Shown: positions 25,901 through 46,513 of the stretch, in pieces
Numbering within the stretch: position 1 is the first letter of the stretch
Layout of the letters: each line of letters starts with the position of its first letter
Assembly (NCBI RefSeq): GCF_963853765.1
Contig: NC_088856.1
Coordinates: 16,988,001-17,052,000, forward strand
DNA length: 64,000 nucleotides
Reading direction: 5' to 3'
Source of the DNA: Magallana gigas
Taxonomy: Eukaryota
Position numbers and translations under genes: made by a program
Notes under the pieces: generated by a model
The model's input: only the letters and a program-made list of their open reading frames with translations
The model's database searches: none
Told to the model about the DNA's origin: nothing

Positions 25901-26628
25901 GGCAAAAATTGATTAACAATAGAAAAAACAATGCAATATATGTTATGTGCAATTTAATTCGTAAATGAATGTGCCATAGACACCAGCAGACATTATATAT
26001 ATTTATCTCATAATGAAAAAAGATACCCTGTACCTTATTGATTGGATTTGGATATATTTTATGCGTCCTGGAATGGCGATTTGACAGTTCCCCTATAATT
26101 ATGGTTACATACAATATGATTAACATGGTTAGTGAAAACTCTATAAGCTTATTACTATATCTGTACTCTGTAGCCCACGGTGATGCATTTAGCGTGCGTG
26201 TTGCTGAGGATGACGATGCCCGAGTCGCTGATAGCCGCCACCCTTAATGCTGCGTCCGCCCTCGGCTTATCGAAAGATTATGGATCCTTGTCACGTGGAA
26301 AATACGCTGATTTGGTCATCATTGATGCTCCAAGGTCAAAAAAATTATTTTTTAAGTTTTAATATACAGAACCAGTCATAATGCAAAAAAAATTTTATGA
26401 GTACCGGTACCTGCAACGACAAATGCTTGTTGATGTGCTTCTGTTATAACTTTAGCAATTTTTAAAATATGTAAAGTATTATTAAGACTAAGAAATTTAT
26501 GTCTATATTTTTCTGTATTTTGCAGATGGGAGCATCTCATTTACCAGTTTGGATGCCATGACAAAATTATCGATTACGTCATCAAAAAGGGTCACATTGC
26601 TCATACAAAATATGAATGTTGTGGTTAA
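22965..26628 (+). CDS. AMDHD1: Probable imidazolonepropionase (amidohydrolase domain-containing protein 1), 7 exons, ~438 aa
   Basis: Exons 22965-23116, 23952-24129, 24323-24600, 24898-25123, 25620-25838, 26174-26334, 26526-26628 with consistent phases. Motifs PGLVDAHTHPVW, ECKSGYGL, DVFCEKGVF, FHGDEL, SHLEE, ALGSDFNPNAY, RWEHLIYQFG. Confidence 0.96.
23264..23427. mobile_element. Poly-C/G-containing MITE in AMDHD1 intron 1; related partial copies at 41867-42037 and ~42868-42907
   Basis: TIRs CATGCACGGATCTAGAA / TTCTGGATCCGCGCATG; flanked on both sides by TTAATT (possible 6-bp TSD). Confidence 0.75.
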
Positions 26629-27066
26629 ATACGAAATCTTGTAAAAAAAAGGCTTGATTTAGATTTTACGTGAAACTTCAATCAAACGTTTTGTTCAAGT
26701 AAACAAAATAAATGTAAAATTTCAAAGAAACAGTTTTTTTAATAAAGCTGGCATATTCAGATATCAATGACTACATTTTTTTCGTTTTCGTGTTGTATTT
26801 ATATACATGTAGTATTAATTGTTCAAAGTCTCGTCCTCTTTACAAACTAACAGATCAAACACAGCACTGTTGTTACCTCAGTATTTATTGCTATCACAGA
26901 CATATGTATACAAGTGCTTTAGATTGCGTTAGAAGCACAAACTGACAGTTCATCGTTCTTTATACACGTAGCTCCAAAAAAGTATTTGCTAAATTTTCAT
27001 CAAGTTGATGGCAAGACACCAATTTCCCACTGAATGTAAGTGACGATCGCGACATGATATTTTTGC

Positions 27067-35370
<8,304 letters not shown>

Positions 35371-35711
35371 GACTTATTGTAATGTATGCACCACCTATAA
35401 TGAAATATTAGCTTTTTAGAGGAAATTCGAAATGTAAACAGATAGTCGAATTAACAATGTTGTCTACACCATGGATTAATTGTCATGATATTTCCAAACA
35501 CGTCTTCCTCAAAAAATATATATGCAATTTCAATCTTATAAATTTAAAAACAACAAGACATAATTTATCGCATTTAAACTTGCCGACAATCTCCACAAGT
35601 ATCCCTCCTCGTAGCCTCACTGTTTACAATTTCCGTGGTAACACAGCTAACGCCACCTATTTCCGCTAAGGACAATAACTCGGTTGTTTACATCCCAAAC
35701 CCGTTGTGAAA
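35371..35711. promoter_or_regulatory. Bidirectional promoter between CFAP100 and RPP30, with an X-box-like site and forkhead motifs
   Basis: Start codons 341 bp apart, head to head; GTTACCACGGAAAT (minus, 35629-35642); TGTTTAC at ~35621 and ~35685. Confidence 0.6.
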
Positions 35712-38700
35712 ATGTCGTATGCCGATCTGAGTGTGTTAAATTGCGACAGGAAAACATTACTAGAAAAAGTTGGTGTGGCAGTAAAACGTACGTATATTAA
35801 GTATATATAGCACTTCAAACGTTGAAAATATTTGAGTTCTACTGAACAATAATTAAAACACATCTTCCGAAATATTCCCACGTTTTCTCTCTGGGGGTTT
35901 GGTTGCAATGGTTTATCGATCCCGATCTTAATGTTTTTGCAACAATTTTTTTTTCAGTTGGATATGAAGTTATTGCTTTAGACATCGTCCACACACCGTC
36001 AAAGAATGCTACAAAAAAGAAGAAAAAGCAAAAAGATTCCAATCCACAGGTTCAGAGCCTTTTTTTTCTTTTCATCAAAATTCAATACATTGACAAACTT
36101 AATAGTACATGTAATACTTTTTATTTAAGTAAGGCAACTGATTACTGAATTTTTATCAATATTTGAAAAATTTAAATTGGAATGTGTTAAAAAGAATAGC
36201 CAAATGATTTTCTTTTAAAGTGTGTAATCTAGCTAATTTCTTAACTTCTTGTTTCTATTATTGAAAGAAGAAATACATGTATTTCAAGAAATTACAATCT
36301 AATTAAAATTAGATCCGCTCACTTACTCACTACATAAAGTTTGTGTAGCGAGTAAGCAAGCGGATCTAACATCTAATTTTAATTTGATTGAAGAAATTAA
36401 ATAGCAAGCTATAATATGAATTCATACCCTTGTTCTCTTATATATCTGCTAGCAGCTAATACTATTGTATGCTATTTAAAAAGATGTTGAAAAAGTGGTA
36501 TATATGTAAAGATGAAATTATTAATTGTACATGACCAGCATTTGCCTCTCTATGACAGGCTAGCGAGGGAGTGATCAAAGCAAGCACATTGAAACTGACA
36601 GAGGATGAATTAAAAGATCTCCAGGTAAAGTGATCAAAAACAACCTTATCATATCCTTTTTTACTTAGAAATGTTTTTTAATTATCAACTAACCATAAAA
36701 GTTTAGGCCATGTACAACACTACAGTAATGCTTTATATTATTATTAGTTTAAGAGAATTTTAAAACCTTATTAAATGAATTTTTATTCAGCAATTCTTTG
36801 AGCCCATATGTTTATATTTGTTTTCTGTAAAGTGAAACATTCAGATACAGATGAATTAGCAACACATTCAGTGTTGTCCTTTCTCTTTGTTCAGGTTGAC
36901 AGCAAACGAGTAAAGATTCTGAGCCGGGTGACGTTGAATGTCACAGATAGTGAACAGCTGCAGTATCTGGTGAGAGAGGGTTCTGGTCTTGTCAATCATG
37001 TATTCATCCATCAAGGAGTGAATGTTATATTTTTTACCAAAAAATCTGGGAATAGCTAACTCTTTTTTATGACAATTTCCTAGCCGAAAATTGCTTCTTC
37101 ATCATTTTGCAAATACTGCAGTTAAAACCATATAATTATTAAATGAGTATTTTCACACTTTGCAAAACTGATATTATAAAGCTTTTCAAAGTGAGGGTAC
37201 TCTTTGTGTGCTGTTGATATTACAGACACTGATTATGATGTCGCTGTTTTGTAGATGTCACCCGAGGTACAGGAGTATGACATTGTGGCTGTTCGACCTA
37301 CATCATCCGATATTTTCACTGTAAGTCAGTTTCGCAATATGTACCAGTAACTTGTTTCAATGATTCATATGGCACCAATATTCATTTTTTAAAACAATTT
37401 TTCAAAAGAAAGGAAATTTAAGAAGTTAATTTTGTCAATAATATTTTGCAATTTCGTTTTATAGTATTGAGCTGAATATATAAAAAAAACATAATTATGA
37501 AATAAATTAAATTTTATTTTTCCACCAGAAAGTTACAAAATACATCAACTTGGACATCATTCAACTGGAAATGGATAAAAATGTTGAAATCATTTTTGCA
37601 ATTTCGTTTTATAATATTGAGCTGAATATATAAAAAAAAACATAATTATGAAATAAATTAAATTTTATTTTTCCACCAGAAAGTTACAAAATACATCAAC
37701 TTAGACATCATTCAACTGGAAATGGATAAAAATGTTAAAATCATCACACCTGGAGGCCTAAGTGAAGTAGAAACTTTTTTCATTCCAACACCCAAATTGA
37801 TCCTTTACTGTTTTTAAACATGAAATTATTCTACCTATTTAGCAGAACTGGCAAAGAAGCATTTCTTAAAGTAGTATATTGTTATTAAGGAAATGTTCCA
37901 AAGCAAATGTTCAGCTTTAGAGGCTTAAGCGGTCACATCAGATTTACCGGTACCTTTCATATATGAATAAACTTCTTTTTCAACAATCCCAATTAGAATT
38001 TACCCCCTGGGAGAATGGAGTTCACTTTTATTATATCAATATTATCAAGGACATGTGAAGAAATGTTGTGGGTATTTTCTATTTTTATTATTTTTTTTTT
38101 GTACTAGGGAATACAAAAGGGGATTCATTTTGAGATTCAGTATGGCCCCGCTCTCCGGGACAGCTCTGTCAAGAAATATCTCATCTCTAACTCACAGCTG
38201 CTTGCCAGTTTTAGCAAATCAAAGGTAGGTGAGAAATGATGTTATCCAAAATGTAACCATTTGATTTTTTTGTCATATAAAAAATGTTGTTATGAAAAAA
38301 ATACCAAGATTTCCTTACTCTATAAGGATAGAACATTTTATGAGAGATATTATCAATTTTTATGAGTAAAACAAAGGCAATGATACAGAATTTATCCTAT
38401 ATTTAAAAATTGAAAGGACACCCAGGTCAACAATTGTTAGCTTGGCTATTAATATACATGTAGTTAGCTATATTTCTGATATAATAGAAATTTTAATCAT
38501 TTGCTAAAAAATTCCATTTCTCTTTTAAAGAACATCATTATTTCCAGTGGATCTGAGAGAGTAAGTCATGTTTTCCTATTTATTTCACGTAACACCAACA
38601 AACAAACCACATAATTTATAGAGTGACAGCATTTTTAATTTTTAAGTAGTTATTCATATGGCAAGATCAAGCAAAAAATTATTTCAGTAATGCATTAATG

Positions 38701-39730
38701 ACATGTTTTTATTTTTTTTATGAACCCTCTATATATACTTATACATGTACTTGATTTTCACAGGCAATCGAGCTCAGAGGACCCCATGATGTTGCTAATT
38801 TGTATCCTTTAAAATTTAGACTACATGCTTATAGTTACAGTTCCTGTAATTCATATTTGCAGTATTTTTTTTAAATTTACATGTATACATTATCAAAGTT
38901 GCTGATTAGCAAAAAAAAATAGCTCTACTACAGTACTACTCTACTTTATTTTGAATGTCTTGGTCATTACCGGTAAATGGATTGTCGAGTGTCAATTAAG
39001 GGATATACAGTACAGCTTTGTTGCTTTTGATTAAATGGAGCAATATTTTCTTCTGGTTTTTTTATAGGATTTATTCCCCTTTTTGTTACCAGCACATAAT
39101 TTAATTTTTTTTGAATGAAAAATACTTTGGTGTGTATTAACTATTATACATAATTGCAACCCCAAAAAATATTTTTTCCTAAAGTGTACATGTATATCTA
39201 AGATCAAACACCCATTAGAAATTTCCCTTCGAAAATTGAGCTGTTTGAGAAAGTTTTCATTAACATTGTGTAGAGGCCTACTGTTTGGACTGAATGAGGC
39301 TCAGGCCAAGAACTGTGTCAGCAGGAGCTGTAGGAGTGTGCTACTTCACGCAGGTAAGTCAAATACAGGTAAATATACTACCTGTGTGGGTCATGTAATC
39401 GGTGAGTGAAATTGTTTGAAGTAAATCTACATATGGATATTTGTTGGTCCATGTCTAAAAATGGATGTGGTTTCCTCTTTAGATATTAATGGATGAATTT
39501 ATATTGACACATGTTATATAATTATATCAATGGTTAATGTTTATCTTAAATATCAAATTTGAAATATATTTATTTCCAATGCAGAAGAAAGACGAGCCTT
39601 GAAAGCTACAGTAGCCCTATCATCAGGTGACCTTCCGGACGATCAGAAGTGGGTCAAGGACAAACTGAGTGAGATCCACTCCCAGGATACAACTGGAGAA
39701 TCCTCCCCAAAGAAAAGGAAACTTGAGTGA
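35712..39730 (+). CDS. RPP30: Ribonuclease P/MRP protein subunit p30, 11 exons
   Basis: MSYADL..; GYEVIAL; KILSRVTLNV; YDIVAVRP; GIHFEIQYGPALRD; NIIISSGSER; LRGPHDVANLGLLFGLNE; basic C-terminal PKKRKLE. Exons include 37256-37320, 37680-37766, 38112-38224, 38531-38560, 38764-38801, 39274-39352. Confidence 0.93.
36301..36384. repeat. Short foldback palindrome in an RPP30 intron
   Basis: AATTAAAATTAGATCCGCT..CTTACTC.CTACA ... TGTAGCGAGTAAGCAAGCGGATCTAA..CTAATTTTAATT. Confidence 0.7.
37444..37744 (+). repeat. ~150-bp tandem duplication spanning an RPP30 intron end, splice acceptor and first ~65 nt of the exon
   Basis: Acceptors CCACCAG at 37528 and 37679; the copies differ at about 4 positions. 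Confidence 0.9.
38802..39273 (+). other. U12-type (minor spliceosome) GT-AG intron in RPP30
   Basis: 5' site GTATCCTTT; branch-like TTCATTAAC at 39256-39264, 9 nt before the end of the terminal AG; no long pyrimidine tract. Confidence 0.8.
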
Positions 39731-40118
39731 ATGTCGGATTTGAAACTTTAAGATGTTGAGTTGTTACTTGTGTCATTTCATGATTTTTTTTTTGTCATTA
39801 AAGTTAGATTACTCATCTTAGTGTTTTAAAAGATTAATCATCTGGTTGTTTTTAATTTGAAAAGAAAAGTGTCGATTAATTGAGCTGTATGCAATAAAGA
39901 TATTGAAAAATATAATCTTGCACTATGAGTTGTAACCTGAATTTTTACTTAAAACAATTTATACACTGTATATGCATATAAGTGTGAAATGAAAATGGGC
40001 AAGACATCATAGATGTACACCAGGAATGATGCATCTTCATGGCTTTAATCTTACACCAATGATTTCTAAACTCCTTGCCCTTTAATTACCAAAGCTATCG
40101 ATATGATACGTATTTTTT

Positions 40119-40290
40119 TCTGATGAACTACGACCCCGGCGGTGTTCGCCGCCACAAGTCCACCGGGAACTTTCTCGTGCATCATCTAATTTCAATAGGT
40201 CAACCAAACTCCAGGTCGTGGTTCTTACCCCTCAAGGGACGATTCACTGCTCAGGGTCAATTACTGCGCCATCTATCATTCTGAATGTCG
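40119..40290. other. GC-rich structured island: candidate box C/D-like ncRNA (+) or degenerate tRNA-derived SINE head (-)
   Basis: CTGATGA at 40120 and CTGA at 40281; 11-bp stem GAACTACGACC/GGTCGTGGTTC; GGCGG-TGTTCG-CCGCC hairpin. On the minus strand, A-box-like TGGCGCAGTAA and B-box-like GGTAAGAACC about 42 nt apart. Confidence 0.35.
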
Positions 40291-42736
40291 GTGATTTAGG
40301 AATAAATGCATTGTATTATCGAGAATGATTTCCCAATATCCTATGAATTAAGGATTAAGAGTTCTTAGAAATTCGAGGTCTTTTTATTCTGTAACACACA
40401 CACACAATATGAGACAATTACATTTAAAATGATTTATTTTATTTTATTCAAGTTTTAGAAATTCGTTACATTAGATACAAACGTTGTTAAAAATACATTA
40501 ACACGGATCCAGATAACTAGAGAAAGTATATGGTTGAACTTAAACATATCGATACATTAATTAACGATTGTTTTACTTTTATCTAACATTAAAACTTTTG
40601 GAGTTTTCTTGGAAATAGTTTAATACATATTTGATCTATATATATGAACTAATTATACAATTTATAGAATTTTCAAGCGACATGCAGACTGATGAAATAA
40701 ATTAATGCACAAGTCCTTAAAACGATAATGTCCAAGGATTAATAACCTCGCCAAAGGACCGTCTCGTCACTCAAAATTACGGTTCTTCAACGGCAACGCC
40801 ACTCGATGTTTATCATGCATGCCTTTTGAATTTCCTAACAACGATACAAAAGGTGGAACAATTTACTTCATTTGTATTTTGGTCGCGATTTTTTTTCGCC
40901 GCTAACCACCATTATATATTTTTTAATTTATTAGGATAAAGAGCTTAAATTAAACCCATCCAGCGGCGACAACTTGCGAAATAAACTTTTTGCGAAAAAA
41001 TTGATTTACCATTTCATAAGCTTCGGGACAAATGCGTGAACAGATACTAGTGAATTAAAATCAGCTTATGTATACGTATTTTGACAATATTAAATGTAGG
41101 AGCATGTAGCAAAACTATAGATATTTCAAAGTCCTTATGTGAGCTGATTTTATTCGTCAACTTTAAGGGGGTTGGGTTTTCCAACATTTTACCTATTAAA
41201 TCTACCTTAAAATTTTAAGAAATGATTTTTTTGCTTTAAATTATAAAATGGTAACGAAAAAATCCATTTATTTTAGCTTTCACTTTTCAATATTCCCCAT
41301 TGTCACTACATACAGAGCTTTCTTCTCGAGGATATGAACATCAAGTCTTAAATATGAGTGTTCGAATTGAAAAAAAAAAATGAAAAAGTGAATGACCATT
41401 ACTCAGAAATGGCTAAACAACACTGCGTCCAATATCAATTTGAATAACAGTTTGGAGGTTATCGACTAGAAGTTTCATATGCACACAGTCTCCAAGTAAT
41501 ACCAGTGATGGATGGGAGGAGGCCATTATTGGCAATCAGAAGGAACCCGATTCCCGCTCAGGAAATAACATGCCATTTCTCGCCCCGGTTGTTTCAGTCA
41601 GAATCCCAGCGATAATCACGACTAATTATTGTTCAATACAGTAGCCAGCGCAGAGGACGTACGCCGATCGAGTAAATCCGGACGTTTCTGTGTCTTGTAC
41701 AATCCTATGGCTATTTGGAAATGAAATTCATTTCCCATTTCGTGTTTACACGCGAGATATTAGTACCATATATTACGTACATGTACATTATTTTCTATGA
41801 AATTATGATACTAATTTCATGGGGCTTAATTTTAAATGCGTACAAAGTATGAACAGGAAGGTGTAATATGCGAGGATCTAGAATTTTTTTTTTCACCGGG
41901 GGGGGGGGGGTCGAGGGATATCTATGTTTACTGGGGGGGGGGGGGCATTTTCGGTAAGTTTACTATGTAATTTTAAGGAATTTGAATTTTCCAGAGGGGA
42001 GGGGGTCCAGACTGCTCCTCTCCCTCTACCGCGCATGTATGATAACCATGAAACTACAACTAATGATTTCATATTGAATGAACTTAGAGCATTCATATAT
42101 TTTATCTCAAAGGAACTATATGTTCTCCACTCAATGACATTTGCCTTCCAATACTTAGTACACTAGAAGGTACGAGAAAAAAATGATAATGATTGAACGC
42201 TCTAGGCTTTGCTAAATCTTCTGTGTGTATATATATAGCTGTATACTGGTACGTTGGGGGACGTTAACTCTATTTGACCAAGTTTTCAGCGTTTCCAAAT
42301 AATTTTTTTTTTATATATAATGAACATTTGTGACAATGTGAATATGGAACACAAACGACAAAGTGTCGTTTGAGCTGTGAAAGACGCATTTTGTTTTATC
42401 ATTTTTTGTCTCTTGTCGCACTAACACAATTAATTTTTGGGGGAATTCGCAATACTGTAAATAAACCACTTCTCGATAGTTATATTTATATACGATTTGC
42501 ACCATGCGATACCATGCAGTTGACATTGAAAAATGACTTTTTGAATTTCTTTCGTAATATAAATCCTGATAACAACTTCACATGCACAATTTCTTATCGT
42601 GCGATAGGTCAAGGCAATAAACGACAAAGTGAAATTTGTTCCCCGCTTATCTGGACAAGGGGCCCACTCCGTGTCATCGCCCTGATTGATAATCTTCATC
42701 AGCTTTCTATTACATTCTGAGCTCTAATAACCTAGA

Positions 42737-42740
<4 letters not shown>

Positions 42741-42800
<60 letters not shown>
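42741..42800. repeat. (TC)n microsatellite, ~30 units
   Basis: Read directly. Confidence 0.98.
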
Positions 42801-42802
<2 letters not shown>

Positions 42803-43074
42803 AGGCTCCCTTTCTGTATTGCATACTCATGTCAGTGTGCACAATTCTTAAAATTACATTGTAAAATTACCCCCCCCCCCCGGAAAAATTTTCTGGATCC
42901 GCGCATGAGCTGGAAATTAAAACTCTAGATAAGTGATCCATTTTTTGATATACAATATCAACAGATTGTCAACTTTCCTTTTTAATGCTCATAAAATATG
43001 CTATTTAAATGTGTTCATAATAAGTTCAATTCTAATTTAACAAATAGTGGAACACGAAATTCGCCGTATAATAC

Positions 43075-43635
43075 ACTTCATTTCTATATAAAAGCAATAC
43101 AATTTTCTTCAAAATTAAGACATTCAGTGTAATAAAATAGATAGTGCCTGTTTGGGAGGGTAACTGTTGAGATTGACACCCCTCGAAAACCGCGTCGGTT
43201 GACAATGGTTGTCTCGGGGTGTCAATTTCAACAGTTACCCTCTCAAACAGGCACTATTTATTTATTGTTATACTTTCATGTTAAATACTGAAATCTGATT
43301 GGTTAAGACGCAGTTAATAATATTTACTATTACCCTCAGCGTTAGCAACGCACTTGGCAACGGGTAACATTAAAAAATGTTACATGCGCGAAAATTATGC
43401 GCGTACGGTTCGCTGTAGAATTCACGTTATTCCTATATAAAAGCAGTAAAATTTTCTTAAAATTTAAAAAAGACATTCAGTATAACAAAATAAATAGTGC
43501 CTGTTTGGGAGGATAACAGTTGAAATTGACACCCCTCGAAAACCATTGTCAACCTCCGCTTCGCGTCGGTTGACAATGGTTTTCTCGGGGTGTCAATTTC
43601 AACTGTTACCCTCCCAAACAGGCACTATTTATATA
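43075..43635. mobile_element. Head-to-tail pair of family B foldback elements (a partial copy plus a full copy), each ending in a ~55-65-bp-arm hairpin
   Basis: ATAGTGCCTGTTTGGGAGG..GAAATTGACACCCC...GGGTGTCAATTTCAAC.GTTACCCTC.CAAACAGGCACTAT at ~43140-43258 and ~43494-43630; the body matches 12573-12882. Confidence 0.8.
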
Positions 43636-44402
43636 ATGTAGCATTAACCATTAAAGGTGTTACAAAAATCAAATTATTTAATAGAAAAGTGTTTGTGTAT
43701 CATGTTACACGACTAAGTTTTATATTGTTATGTATTTATTTATATCAGCACATTGCACCACAACGTGTTCTCGGGTAAAACGAATATGCCTTTCCCTCAA
43801 AAGGTTTTATTCCACCCGGTCACCAGTAAAGTACATGAGTATTAATTTCATTACAAATATTATATATATAATGCTACCTTCAACACATTAATAAATGCCT
43901 TTGTTACATAAACTCTTCACCGTTGTTTATCCATTAAGCATGCACTTTTCAGCTCAGCATGTTTTCATGTAAAACATTTACACAATATTATCAACTTTCC
44001 CTATATCACAGTGGAAGCTGGGGAAAAAAGAAGAACTTGTAACACAAAATACCTCTGAGTGTCGTAAATAAATCCCTTAATCGGCGCCTGGGGACTTATT
44101 AACACGAGTGAAAGAGTCTGGACAGGAATGATACAGCTTAGGATATTTTAACAGGTGCAACATGATTACAATTTCAAATAATGAAACACCTGAGAAGTCT
44201 AGTATTAACACAATGATACATGTTGATCGGTTATTGCATAGCTTCTTCATCATGTTCACAGATAGAGTCTACTAGCTACAAGCATCAACACAAAGGCCTT
44301 ATATTTCGTTGCCGTTATATATCAACGCAAAAATTCTCAACAAAATAAGACTAATGACTGCAGGTATTACCAAAAAGGCCGATGTATTTCAAAGTTTTTT
44401 AA

Positions 44403-44890
44403 AGTGGCATGGTCACGATTTTGGTCAAATTCTATTTTTCTGTTTTTATTATTTACGATTCTTAAGGAATGCATTTCTGATAATCAAATGAAATTTGAGG
44501 GTCAGTCGTAGAGTTATAAGTAAGATACATGGCTCACAATCCTGTAAACAAGGCTCGTGTACCGTTGTTGTTTACATAGATTCAATATACCTGTAAAAAA
44601 AAATGTCATGCTGATTTGTCTATCTTTTTATTCATTTTAAGCATAAATAAAAAGTTCCTAGCGTTCAATAGATTCATTTTACGTCAAAAACTGGAATTTT
44701 CAATTCATCATTTAAAATTCAAACAAAAGCCTTGTTTACATAGCAAAAAATTATAAGCCCTGTGACTCGCTTATAACTCAGCGACTGACACTCAAATCTT
44801 GGTTGCCTATTAAAAAGGCCGTACTTAAGCATTGTGAACATTAAAATCAGAAAAATCATTTTGACCAAAATCGTTACCATGCATGTTCCT
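44403..44890. mobile_element. Kolobok-like non-autonomous DNA transposon with long TIRs; second, truncated copy from 46014 to ~46430
   Basis: TTAA|AGTGGCATGGTCACGATTTTGGTCAAA ... TTTGACCAAAATCGTTACCATGCATGTTCCT|TTAA (TTAA TSD, purine termini). Confidence 0.75.
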
Positions 44891-46475
44891 TTAAAAAAAA
44901 TCATTACTTTGATATAGAAAGAGGAAGAACACACAAATAGGCAGTAATTAATATAATTTAATTGTAAATGAAGAGTTCCTTTGATGTATAAAGTGCTCTT
45001 ATTTGCTGCACAAATTGTCAAACGGTATTAATTGTACACTAGAGATTGGACAACAACATGAGATTATTACTACTTGCATGACCTATGACACTCGCCATTT
45101 ATTTAAGGCCGTATGGTAGAAATCTATCTCCCACTGGATCTGATTAATAATATTACATCGTATTTTGGATAATTTTGTCGCCTTGAAATTGATTTGGTAC
45201 TTTTTTATTTGATAAGCACCCCCCCCCCTCCCGCTTAAATGAAATATAAATCCAAGCTTTTATCTCAAACGATCTCAAATCTCACTTCTTCTCATCAATG
45301 CAAAATTACAAAATGTAAATTGTGATCTTTTATAAACCACTGACATATCTATTTTGGGTTTTTAATCATTGGTTCATTTTCCTCCATTGTTGCATGTATA
45401 ATTGGTAATTATATATGATTGACTCAAGAATTGAGTACAAAGATTGACATTTTCACTTAATAAAGACCAATCATGATTTTATGCAATAAAATTCAACAAT
45501 TAAGTCACATAATATAAAACAAAGACCCTAAATTGAATTAAAAATAGTTAAATTAATCAAAAATTGTAAATTTCAGTTGTCTAAAGGTCACGGAATGAAT
45601 TTACAATGTCGTAGGCTGACAAATACGATATATTTATCTCAGTGGAAATATAAACTCAGCAATAACGGGTGTTCGAAATAATATCCTACGTTTTAGAGAG
45701 GGCATTGGTTTTCATCAAGTTCACACATGTTGGCCGTCATTGGTTTCAAATTCAATTGATTCCTGTGATGACAATAGCTAAAACCCGTTCTATGATTAAT
45801 TTTGTATTAATTTTATCGTGTATATAAACTTTTCATTTTCTTTCTTTCCTTCCTTTTTTTTTAAATATAGACCAATATAATTTGTTTTCTCGCGTTCTCT
45901 TATGAACTTTAAATTAAAACACGCTTGACACATAAACAAGATCTTTGAAAAAATCGTGATGCATTGAGCACATTCTATATAGTTTTTAAAAGTTAATGTT
46001 ATGTGCATTTTAAAGGGGCATGGTCACGATTTTGGTCAAAAATTATTTTTCCGATTTTGTTATTTACAATGCTTCAGAAAGGCATTTTTAATATGCAACC
46101 GAAATCTGAGTGTCATTTTTTTAGTTATAAGCGAATTGCAGAGCTTGGAATTCTTTGCTATGTAGACGAGTAAAAATTTATGTTTTAAATCTAAAACAAA
46201 TGTCTTAAACGTTAGAAACTGTTTATTTTTGCTTAAAATAAATAAGGAAATAATTGAGACAAATAAGCTGGAAAAAGATTTTTACAGGCATATTGAACCT
46301 ATGTAAACAAAAACAGGGCATGAGCCTTGTTTACATGACAAAGAATTGTGAGTCCTGTATCTTGCTTATAACTCTACGAATGACTCTCAAATTTTATTCG
46401 ATCATTAGAAATGATTTTCTAATGGTTTTCTATTGCTGAATAAAGAATGTAGTTAATCATAATCATCGTCATTTT

Positions 46476-46477
<2 letters not shown>

Positions 46478-46512
<35 letters not shown>

Positions 46513-46513
46513 G
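46478..46513. repeat. (ATC)n microsatellite
   Basis: Read directly. Confidence 0.95.

Noticed and set aside
22965-26628. hutI-like gene as a bacterial or horizontally transferred sequence
   Set aside because: Six spliceosomal introns and close motif match to animal AMDHD1.
40120-40180. CTGATGA as a hammerhead core, or GTG-TTCGCCGC-CAC as an HDV-like P3/L3
   Set aside because: No stem II followed by GAAA, and no adequate P1 helix could be built.
42370-42720. ORFs 42370-42720 (+), 42430-42699 (-), 53456-53842 (-) and 57578-57976 (+)
   Set aside because: No domain motifs, AT-rich low-complexity composition and no linking splice structure; treated as chance ORFs.
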